64,000 bases of DNA, from assembly GCA_002633005.1 (NCBI GenBank), contig NMRA01000059.1, forward strand, positions 103,610-167,609, given 5' to 3'. Shown piece after piece: positions 14,501-26,500 of this stretch. Positions within the stretch are counted from its first letter, which is position 1, and each line of letters opens with the position of its first letter. The DNA comes from Phoronis australis. Lineage: Eukaryota > Animalia > Phoronida. Made by a program: the position numbers and the translations under genes. The notes beneath the pieces are model-generated. The model saw nothing but the letters and a program-made list of their open reading frames with translations, did not search any database and was not told the DNA's origin.

Positions 14501-17500
14501 GAAGTTTCTCTCTGTTTGTAAATGAAAACAAAAACATCAAGGTTATCTAATTTTGATTATGCTGGTAATTATGGCCAAATAATGCTGTGGTTACCATGTG
14601 TTAATGTCTAGTCTGATATCTTTGCAAGATGAGACACTGCTGGTGTGAAGGGTGACTCAGAAATGGGATTGAATTGTGGAAATGAGGAGATTAGCCAAGG
14701 TTGGGTCCAAACAAACCAGTTAGGCAGGATTAATTTGGCTTGGGATTTTTAGCCAGTCACTCAAATACAATTACTGTAGTCTGTACTTAAGGTCCTTGTG
14801 GTCTGCTGTAAGACAAAGTGTTGTGCCAGGTAAAGTGTACTTTGTAGTTCTCTGTGCCAAACAATACTTTGTAGTTCTCTGTGCCAAACAATACTTTGTT
14901 GATTCCCTTGTGTATTTGTGAACCATGTTGAACTATGCTGGTGCAGTTTATTTGTTTCTTAAAATAATAATATCTGTTTTAAAAACATCATCACACTTAT
15001 AACATTTTTCGATTCAATTAAATTTCCTAGGCAATTAAGAGATGAATGTCTTCTGTTGTAATATTCAATCCAACTTGAGCTCAATCTTAAGTTTTGTGAG
15101 TTTGTAAGATTTGCATTAAAAACATCTCATCAACTGACACACTCCTCACATATGTTGGTCTTTGTTGACTTTCACCTTCAAGGTCAGTTGGGACATACAG
15201 ATGGAAGCACTTGATTGGTTGCACATTTCTGCAGCAAAAATTGAATAAATAGGAACTTTGTGATTCAGTAATACAAACTTGAATGCCATCCATCTCTGAA
15301 GTACACTATGTAGGACATGATAGGCAAGTCTGTGCAGTCAAATATCCGCGAAGTCATTCAATTTAATTTAGTAAAATTACATGTTTTTATAAGCTGAATT
15401 TGAGTTTTGATTTTTTAACAATCTGTCATTGATCGGATCACATGACCATGTCTTTAGTGTGGTGTATTCATAGGATCACATGACCATGTCTTTAGTGTGG
15501 TGCATTCATTGGATCACATGACCATGTCTTTAGTGTGGTGCATTCATTTGATCACATGACCATGTCTTTAGTGTGGTGCATTCATTTGATCACATGACCA
15601 TGTCTTTAGTGTGATGCATTCATATGATCACATGCGACATCAGTAGCTTGACCAACTTGTTTGATATAAATATTCAAGATGAAATGTCAAAAACGATGTC
15701 ACTGTTTGCTTAGTTCTTACAATTCATGTTGGCTGAACCGTATTTGTGAAGCAGAGAATTGTGTTACCAGGCCCCTGAGTTGTCATTATAAGAGGAACCT
15801 GATCTTCACGAGTTTTAGACAGACTGAGACGAACAACCAATTTGGGGTACATTTTTGTTACACCAAGTTTTTATGACTGAGAAATTTAAAACAAAGACAT
15901 TGTTTAAACGTGATTCATCGATGTGCTTTGACCAACCAATCATGAACTGTAAAACTATTTGTTGCAGTTACGTCTGGCACAATTCCACTTGGTTACAGTG
16001 CACAGTCAATGATCCCAGTGCCATCTGTGGGCCAGGCTATAAAACAAGACAAGTCACATGCATAAGATATGGAGATGAGAGTTTAACAGCAGTGGATGAG
16101 TCTTTATGCTCTGATGGTATAATTGATGTTCTAAATATAGTTTAGCAAGCATTTTCAAAATGTCACAGAAAGTCCTTAAACTTTGGTTGAAATTAAACAA
16201 GTGTATATTTTCCAAAACGGAGACCAATAAGTTTGTCATAGAACTTCCAACTAAATTCATCAGGAAATTGTTTAAGCAGATTTAAAGTCGTTCTCAAATT
16301 TATTTTGACTAGGTCTGCTGAAGGCCATTTAAGTTCTCTGAATGATTATGAGCAGCAATGCCATGTCTGAACTAGACTTTGGAAATAAACTACTTGGTCT
16401 TAACAACACATTTTACCCTACTCAACAGCTGAACTTTTTATTTCAGTTAAAGCAATTAGTAAAAGTGCATGTGTGGTCGAGTGTCCTGTTGACTGTCAGT
16501 TAGGGGAGTGGACGCAATGGCAACTGTGTACAGAGAAGTGTGAGCAAATTAGGTAGGTAATGTGTCTTGTAATGTGTCATGCAATGGTCATGTAATGGTT
16601 ATGTTATGTGTCTTGTAATGTGTCATGCAATGGTCATGTAATGGTTATGTTATGTGTCTTGTAATGTGTCATGCAATGGTCATGTAATGGTTATGTTATG
16701 TGTCTTGTAATGTGTCATGCAATGGTCATGTAATGATTATGAAATGTGTCTTGTAATGTGTCATGCAATGGTCATGTAATGGTTATGTAATGTGTCATGT
16801 AATGGTCATGTCCTGATCTTGTAATGTGTCATGTAATGTGTCTTACAATGGTCATGTAATGTGTAATGTAATGGTCATGCAATGGTCATGTAATGTGTCA
16901 TTTAATGGTCGTAGTTATGGTCATCTCCCTTGTCTTAAATTAAGGAACTACCACAGACTACCTTTGCTACTGTGAAGCCTGCTTATTGTCATACCCTCAG
17001 TTTCAACGTAAATTTGTGATGATAAATGCAATATTCCATTCAGTGGGTTTCTACTTAGCGACGATCGTGACCTCACTTAAGTGCTGATAATGCTAAGTGG
17101 AAAGTCTCAGAGTGAAATGGCTAAACAGGACGTCTGATTTTTATGCTGGCATCGAGTACCGTTAAGGCAGATGAATTGATGAATTAGGCTGGTTTTTTGA
17201 TAGAAAATCAATTGTATAATAACTGTCTGGTAATTGGTAACAGCTAGTAAGAATCAATTTTTCTGAACATTATTAAAACATCCAGGGATATGACAATGAA
17301 TTATGACACTATAGGTTCTTTTACATGGCTCTAATGGTGTATGACATTAAGTGGANCACCACCACCAACACCGTCATCACCATCATCATCTTCATGCTTG
17401 GTACACTTTTACTTAACTGATTTCACCCAAATCGACTTTCATTACAGGCAGAGACCTCTTCTGGCGGAGCCACGACATGGTGGTAAAACCTGTCCAACCA

Positions 17501-20500
17501 TGACAGAATCAAGAGTGTGTAACTCTGAGGAGTGTTTTTGGTGGCACACTGGTATGTCTTGTCTATCTGCTCTCACTAGGTACACACTGGTATGTCTTGT
17601 CTGTCTATTCTGATTAGATTCACAAATAAATGGCACACTGGTATGTCTTGTCTGTCTACTCTCACAAGATACACAAATGAATGGCCATCAAGTGTATTCA
17701 ATGCTCTTATAACATTCGCCATTAAGTGGCTATCAGAGCCAATCCTACCAAGAAGTTTCACTTGTTGTTTTGTAATTATCTTCAGGCACGTGGTCACCAT
17801 GTAGCATGAACACGGCCAATGCCGAGTGTGGCATTGGGTCTAGGATTCGCTCAGTTTACTGCGTGAGTCAAGATGACCTTCAAGTGAGCGACGAGAGGTG
17901 TTCATCTACAAAGAGACCAGCCTCTTCTGAGGAGTGCACACGATTGTGTCCTGAGGACTGCCAGGTGTCCCCGTGGTCAGAGTGGTCAGAGTGCTCGGTC
18001 AGTTGTGGCTACCAAGGTGGCCATCAACTGAGGAATCGAAGGATTATAAGTGAGGAGAAGTGTGGTCTTGAAGCTATATGATGATGTCTAGTTCATGTTC
18101 ATGTAGCTATATGATGATGTCTAGTTCATGTTCATGTAGCTATATGATGATGTCTAGTTCATGTAGCTATATGATGATGTCTAGTTCATGTTCATGTAGC
18201 TATATGATGATGTCTAGTTCATGTTCATGTAGCTATATGATGATGTCTAGTTCATGTTCATGTAGCTATATGATGATGTCTAGTTGATGTTCATGTAGCT
18301 ATATGATGATGTCTAGTTCATGTTCACAACACTCTGATTTCAGTGTTGAAAAGGAGAACGTACATTGCTGAGTTTTAGGCTATTTTCTCACAATTCCTGT
18401 ATAACTAATTATTTAATGGTGTACTTAGACAATAGTGTTAAGTGACTCGCTTGTTCGTCTCACGTAACGTGTACTTGTATTATATGAAGAGAACTGCTAT
18501 CTTATGTTCCTATTCAGCTTTCAAATTGAGTTTCAACATGAGGTCGTGCATACTTTAGATAAATCAGTTGGCATCCTAAAGTATTGGGTTGTTGTTTGTG
18601 TATAAACCATACATGTAATCTTACTGCAGTTGGTTACAGAGAGGCAGGTATTTACATGTTTTATGTAATTGTGTGTTAATATGCACACACACACACGCAC
18701 ACGCACACATACGCACAGATACACACATGCTCAATCCATGCAGCAGTTTACTGGCTAAATCAAGAGGATCAGTCTTGAATAATAGCACTAATGTCAGTCC
18801 TTGTTTCAGATTCAACGATTGGTCAAAATTGCTTGCAGCATCACGACCTTAGTCAAACTCGACCGTGCAATAGGTTTAGTTGTCCTCAGTATCTGTGGCA
18901 AGTTGTTTCCTGGAGCCTGTGTTTGCCCTTTGAAAATAGGACACAAGAGTGTGGCCGTAACAATGGATATCAGACGAGGGATGTTTACTGTGAAGGTTGG
19001 TAGTTTTGATGTTGACCACCAGGTGAGGTACCATTTAGTTACTGTAACCTGAGATGCGTTTAAGACTTATTTTCATTTGTTTTATTTTACTATTGTTTGG
19101 TAATTATTTTTCTCAATAGTTTCGGGCAGACTTAGATGAAATGAGCAACCATGAGTGAGTTGTCCAGAAGGCCTGATACAGAGCTTGGTCTTCACCAAGG
19201 GATTTCCATTTTCTTATCAATTGTTTGTTGTTTTTCATTCAGATGTTATGTCATCTACTTTTTAATCAACATTTTAAACTGAACAAAGCCTTCAATGAGC
19301 AAAGCATTTTCATTGTAAATTGTGGGTCTGTCTCTCATTTCCTTCTGAGCTCAAAACTTCATTATTATGTAATTAACACTGGATCTGTGTTAGTCCCTCC
19401 TTTGATTGTCTTAATTAACCGCTGTGTTTATGTTGACACTATTATTGTTTACAGAGTATCCTATCAAGCAATCCTTGGCTCTGACTGACCGCTGTGCTGG
19501 CCAACCGAAGCCTGTCTCTTGGAGGTCATGTGACCTACCTTGTCCAATTAACTGTAAGATGACAGGCTGGAGTAAATGGTCCAAGTGCTCTACTACATGC
19601 GGAAGTCACAGCTTTAAATACAAGGCTCGCCGTGTCATTCACATGGCTATGCATGGTGGACGGTCTTGTCCATTACGAGTCAGGGACGATGGTGAGGCAT
19701 GACTTCAACATCATGGAGACATGGTGTTTTAGCAAAATGTTTATATTCTAATTTTAGATAAGTTTTAGTGGCAATTAGTTCAAGCTGAAATTGACATGTT
19801 AAAACTAGAATAAATGAAGTCTACTGCTGTAAATCTGGCCACATGGCTACATTCGGTCTATTGTGTAAATCTGGTCACATGGCTACAGTCGGTCTATTGT
19901 GTAGTTTTATTGGTTGTGTCTGTACGAAATTAGCTCTTTTTAAATTAAATCATTCTAAGTAAAATACCCTCACTAGGTACTGAGATTCGTCAGAGGAAGT
20001 GTCAAAACCTTCCCACATGCCCTTCGTTTAAGTGGGTCATCAACCGATGGAGCCACTGTGAGCCAGCAGAGGAGAATTGTGGGCATGGAAAGCAGACAAG
20101 AAATGTTTCCTGTCAAAGTGATATTGGACGAGTTGTAGCACATGGTATGTAAACAGGAGTGCAGTAAAGCTGAGTTGGAATGTGGATAGGTGGAGCTGAA
20201 GCAGCGTCATGTCCAAGTTGCATATTATATTTCCAAAATGTGTTTACATGTTCTCTCTCTCTTGTTTCCTTCCATTTTGAGAGTTTAGAGTAACACTGTT
20301 GTGTTGTTCACATGTTAACAGTTCAGTTTGTGACTTTGCTTTTCTTAGTTATCACATGTAACAATTTTTGAATTTGTTCAGTTAGTTTAGAACTTCGTGT
20401 CAGAGCTGACAACTGTTTCAGATTGACACATTCTTTGTAATTTTAGGGCAGTCACTTCATACACGACTGGTTTTGAGCATTTATTTCTCTTGGATATAAT

Positions 20501-23500
20501 AAGTTGGAAGCAAAAGTATGTTTGAAAAATTATTGACATATCTGAAGAGAGATCGGCATGATCCAATGTAGAAAAGTTGAGTGAATGACGAAAACGAGCG
20601 AAAGCGTATGTTATGTCTCGCCAACTTTAGCACTGAAAACGGGGCACATACAACATTAGCATGGATTAGAAATGAACAAGATGATAAGATTTGCTGGAAG
20701 CTTCTGAACGTGATCGGGTGGGCAGAAATTAAGATTGTCAACTGTAATACATGAGCTGAGCTTTTAATGTTGCTTTCATAGTTGAACACGATTTGAAATT
20801 GAAGTTTGTTGTTGTTTTGGGTGTCATGTCATCTTTTGATTGAAATTTAAATTTTTTGAAAAATTGTGGAAATTGTGTGAATTAATTTTTCACTTTCAAG
20901 ATAAAAGTCTTTAGTATGAAGGTTACATTATGCATAGAATGAGTTGGCTGCTCGTGGATGTGTTTGGCCTTATTGTGTCAATGTTGGCAAGGGATATTGT
21001 TGGAATGAACGCTGAGCCAAATTGTTTTGTTTTTTGTTTTCCAGAAATATGCCTCAACCATGGGCTTGGTTCTCCCAAAGCCAGTGAGAGAGCTTGCTTC
21101 AGATCATGTGATGGGGATTGTCCACTCACAGATTGGGGTAGCTGGAGTCCTTGTTCTCAGTCTTGTGGAGCGAAGGCTGGTCTGCGATTTAGACAGCGCA
21201 CGTTTAGAAACCAAAGTAAGATGTTTGGTTGTAGTAAAGTTTGTTGGTTGTGCTTCATTGAGATCCAGTTTGTTGGTTGTGCTTCATTGAGATCCAGTTT
21301 GTTGGTTGTGCTTCATTGAGATCCAGTTTGTTGGTTGTGCTTCATTGAGATCCAGTTTGTTGGTTGTGCTTCATTGAGATCCAGTTTTGGCAGAATAAGC
21401 TTATATGTTTTATAGCCCATCTTGTATTTGTATTTATTCATAAGCAGTTTTTGACGAGTAAGTTTGTTGTACTATTATAACCTTCAATCTTTTGATTTTG
21501 TGACTTGTACAACTGTTTTAGTGTCAGTTTCATTAAAATGATGCTAAAGATATTAACGTTTCTATGGCAACCCATTTCCAGGTGAATCCAAGTTTATCCA
21601 ATGTTCTAACGTGCGTGATGAGGATCTGGTTATAACAGAACCATGTGGCTTCAACAAATGTCCCAGGTACAGCTGGCTGGCAGGACCATGGACTAGTTGT
21701 GTGCCACGCGCTATCTCTTATAGCGCACGGGGTGAGTGTTGTACTGCCTAGTCACTAAGTTGTGTGTAGTGTTAACTTCAATACTTGGTTGGATATTGTG
21801 TTATGAATGCAGTGGCTGTGCTGTTAAGAGTTGAGTGTGGTGTTGACATTGTAATGGTTGTTGTGTTCAGACTGTTAAGGCAGGTGGATACATAAAAAAA
21901 TTTGACTGTTTTTTACATTATGTCTTCCTAATCTTTAATTCTTGATGCACAGTATAGTGAAGAAAAATAAAATCCTTCTGAAAAGTTGTTTTTTAATTAT
22001 ATTTGACCAAGCTTCAGTAAGTCATTTGGCCATGTGAAAGTTGGTGGTGAAATGGTGAACTCCTGTTCCGAGCCTGAGCCTGTTTGCCATCTGCAAAAAA
22101 ATTAAGTTGAGTACGGCACAAGTCCTAACGAAGCCATCGCTGCACTCCGCTTGAGGAGTCAGTGCAGAAATTGTGCGTGTGCAAGAGAAGTCGGAAAGGT
22201 GAAGTGTCTTGCAAGAGGACGCTGAGCGTCGACGTGGGTGGTGTTGCATGATTCGATGACTGCACGCATGTGCTGTGAAGACACAGCGCGCGTGAGACAT
22301 GCACAACTACATGCCGTCAGAGTAGAGTTGTTGGAGATAAACCGTGCTTCTGTGCTAGGAACGTGCCGTGGAGACACTAGGCTTAGGCTGCCAAACTCAG
22401 TGAATTTTTTAACTTGCTGCTGGCCGTAACCCTAAGAATTAAATAAATGACTCAGTGTTCAACATAACAAAATTTTTCTAGTGCATAGATTCAAACGTTT
22501 CCCTGAATTAAAACTCGTACGATTTTAAAGGAAAGCAATATAAGAAACTTTGGTAACTTGAGAGTCTCACCCAAGCGACACTATTTGTGCTGAAAGTGCT
22601 ATTTTCTTATCCCAAAGTCCATTCGATCAAAATGTTGGCGGTACAGGCACGTGAAAATTATGATGAAAGTAGCTCTTTATCCTCGTTGCCAATATTGTTG
22701 TGTAGACAGTAACGCGGCGATTTGATATAACACATATTGGTTGATGAAGAGACGGTAACTACATATAATATTGGAATACTAACAAATAGATCTGTGTAAT
22801 ATAGTTGGAGAGTCTTTTACCACTCTGAGTGGAGAGTTCAGATGAGTCGCATAAACAATCAACACATGGTTTTAATGATGTGTGGTCAGCACACCAGAAC
22901 AGCAGACAATAGATCAACGGTAAGCTCCACCCACGTAACAGCCATATTTGTTTTGGTCATCTTTTGTGCTTCACAAAGTGATGAAAACTACGCTGTAAAT
23001 AAACAGGTATGTCAAATTTTCTTAATATAAAGGAAATATCAGCTTTATTTCTAATACATTAACAAAAATTGGAACATAATGACTGCGCATTCTGAACGCA
23101 TTTTGACCTCAAGTGGCAATCGATGTCCGCTTAACTTCAAAGCCGTTTTTCTCGGCTCGTGATTTCACTGTAGTGACAAGATTCTCTGGCCTATTTTTCC
23201 GCAACACGTGATTCAATTTTTATGAAAGTTGCAAATTTGAAATCCTCTAGAACTGAAGTAAAATCGCGTGCCAGGGATTTTTGATACATGGACCAGATTT
23301 TTAGTTATTAGAAGGAAAGTGACCAAATGACAGAAAGTGGCGTATTTGCCACAACTCACACGCAAAAAATGTCACAAAATCAAGATCATAATGATTTTGT
23401 ACAAAAATTTGGTATGGATAAGTAGAATATTGCGTAAGGAAACAGTTGATGATAATGCCCGTGCATTTAGAAAAAAATTCGAGGTAAAATTGGATTTTTT

Positions 23501-26500
23501 GAAAATTAAAAAATACGATATTTAAAAGAAACGAAGTACTTCGATTTTTGTCACTTTCAGAGTCATTTCTAACTAGTTAAAACCCCCTTTATACATATTA
23601 TAGATTAGAACCTGGAGATTTGACCCGTGTATACACCCCCTTTAATGTATAACACTGGTATGACTGTGGTGGATGTTTTGTTCAGACTGTTAATGTATAA
23701 AACTGGTGAGACTGTGGAGGGTGTTGTGTTCAGACTGGATCGGATGTACTGTGAGCTCAATTAAACTTGAGCTAAGGAGCTAGAGACTTGACTCTAGGGT
23801 CTAGCAGTGTACCCAAGTGGGACTCGAACTGGTGAACTTGAGTAAGTGAAGTAGTCACTTATCCCACTAGGACAAACTGCCTCCTGCTGCTAAATGCACA
23901 ATGTGTGCCATGTTAGCACTGATGCTCCAAAGGTGGCGCTATATATCTCATTATGTAATACGTGTAACTATGACTAGGACATTATGTTCAATTAATAATA
24001 ATTAACCATAATGTAGATGATATTTCAAAATATGACCGACGTGTAGTTACAACAGTTAATATCTTGTGATACTCTTTAATTTGACTGTTATAGTGTACTT
24101 TTGCTGTAGATTTACGCTCGTGCGGTGAAGGGAAACAGACGCGTAACTTACTTTGTCAACGCAATGACGGACAGTTGGTGAGTGATGACTTCTGTGGGCA
24201 CAGAGTCACGGAACGAAAATGCAATGTACCATGTCCTGTGGACTGTCACGTTTCAGACTGGATGGAGGGAGTGTGCTCAAGGAAATGTGGACAAGGTTAG
24301 ACTTGATCTGTCATTCAGGAGTACTTTAGGGCCCTGTTGCTGGGGGGACTAGGGAATATTTAAGGGGTCTCTTGCTGGGGGGACTTGGGAATACTTAAGG
24401 GGTCTCTTGCTGGGGGGACTAGGGAATACTGTAGAGGGCTGTTGCTGGGGGACTAGGGAAAACTTTAGGGGCCTGTTGGTGGGGAGACTAGGGAATACTT
24501 TAGGGACTTGTTGCTGGGGGGACTGGTAGGAATCCAAAACCCCGACACTTGCTCTCTCTTGTGGAAAGTCTTTTTGTTCTAAATCATTATTGAAAACCTT
24601 TTAAATCAGCTGTTAACATGGTTGTTAAGACCAAGAAGCACGTGTAGTGTTTCTGGCATTACTTACTGGTGGTGTTGTTATATTATATTATATTATATTA
24701 TATTATATACTTTGTTGCTGTGTACTATGTCTTAGCTGTGCTGTATGTGGTGCATGTCCTGGTCACAAAGTAAATCTCTGGATTAGTCTTGTCAGTATTA
24801 TTGAAATTGTAATTATAATTCTTATTGTTAATTACAATTTTCATCTGATTATTGCTATTACTGTTACCATCTTGATAATTGTTATTGTTGGTATTATTAT
24901 TAGTATTATGATCATTAATACTATTACAGTCATTGTTATTATTGACATAAGTAATATTATTATTACTATTACTATCAACATTATTCTGATTATCTGTAGG
25001 GTTGAAGACATTCACGCGAAACATTCTAACTGCGGCTGAGAATGGTGGTCGGCCGTGTCCTGTCCTCAACAAAACAGAGCTCTGTAATGAGAGGCATTGT
25101 ACTGATCTATACTGGACTGTGTCACCGGTGAGTACTCATCTATACTGGACTGTGTCACCGGTGAGTACTGATCTATACTGGACTGTGTCACCGGTGAGTA
25201 CTGATCTATACTGGACTGTGTCACCGGTGAGTACATGACTCAACAGTAGAATTATTACACAGATTTGTCTTAACATGCTTGTGCTTGAAGCATATTCCCT
25301 GTTACTCAACACTTAAGATTTACTTCGTGAAGTTATTAATGCTAATAATCCTGCTCATTAGTCTCGTAAAGTGCCTAACCACTAGTCTCCATAACATATA
25401 ACTCTGTCTCTTGTTGTCAGTGGACCAAATGTAGAAAAACCTTTCCGCAATTTCCGTGTGGCTCAGGGACAAGGAAGCGGCATGTGCGATGCTCCACAGG
25501 TCGAGACGAGGATTGCAGAGATCGAGATCCGAAGCCTGCCACGTCAGAAGAATGTGACAAGCCGTGTCAAGGTTAGTTAAGTTACTGTTAACTAATTTTA
25601 CTTGATGTGAAATGATAGTATCGAGCCATGATGAGATCTACTATAGTTATGTTACTGTTAACTAATTTTACTTGATGTGAAATGATAGTATCGAGCCATG
25701 ATGAGATCTACTATAGTTATGTTACTGTTAACTAATTTTACTTGATGTGAAATGATAGTATCGAGCCATGATGAGATCTACTATAGTTATGTTACTGTTA
25801 ACTAATTTTACTTGATGTGAAATGATAGTATCGAGCCATGATGAGATCTACTATAGTTATGTTACTGTTAACTAATTTTACTTGATGTGAAATGATAGTA
25901 TCGAGCCATGATGAGATCTACTATAGTTATGTTACTGTTAACTAATTTTACTTGATGTGAAATGATAGTATCGAGCCATGATGAGATCTACTATAGTTAT
26001 GTTACTGTTAACTAATTTTACTTGATGTGAAATGATAGTATCGAGCCATGATGAGATCTACTATAGTTATGTTACTGTTAACTAATTTTACTTGATGTGA
26101 AATGATAGTATCGAGCCATNNNNNNNNNNNNNNNNNNNNNNNNNNNNNNNNNNNNNNNNNNNNNNNNNNNNNNNNNNNNNNNNNNNNNNNNNNNNNNNNN
26201 NNNNNNNNNNNNNNNNNNNNNNNNNNNNNNNNNNNNNNNNNNNNNNNNNNNNNNNNNNNNNNNNNNNNNNNNNNNNNNNNNNNNNNNNNNNNNNNNNNNN
26301 NNNNNNNNNNNNNNNNNNNNNNNNNNNNNNNNNNNNNNNNNNNNNNNNNNNNNNNNNNNNNNNNNNNNNNNNNNNNNNNNNNNNNNNNNNNNNNNNNNNN
26401 NNNNNNNNNNNNNNNNNNNNNNNNNNNNNNNNNNNNNNNNNNNNNNNNNNNNNNNNNNNNNNNNNNNNNNNNNNNNNNNNNNNNNNNNNNNNNNNNNNNN

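Noticed and set aside
24647-25072. Ile-rich and Asn-rich ORFs resembling membrane or low-complexity proteins
   Set aside because: Degenerate (ATT)n tract upstream of the real acceptor at 24999.
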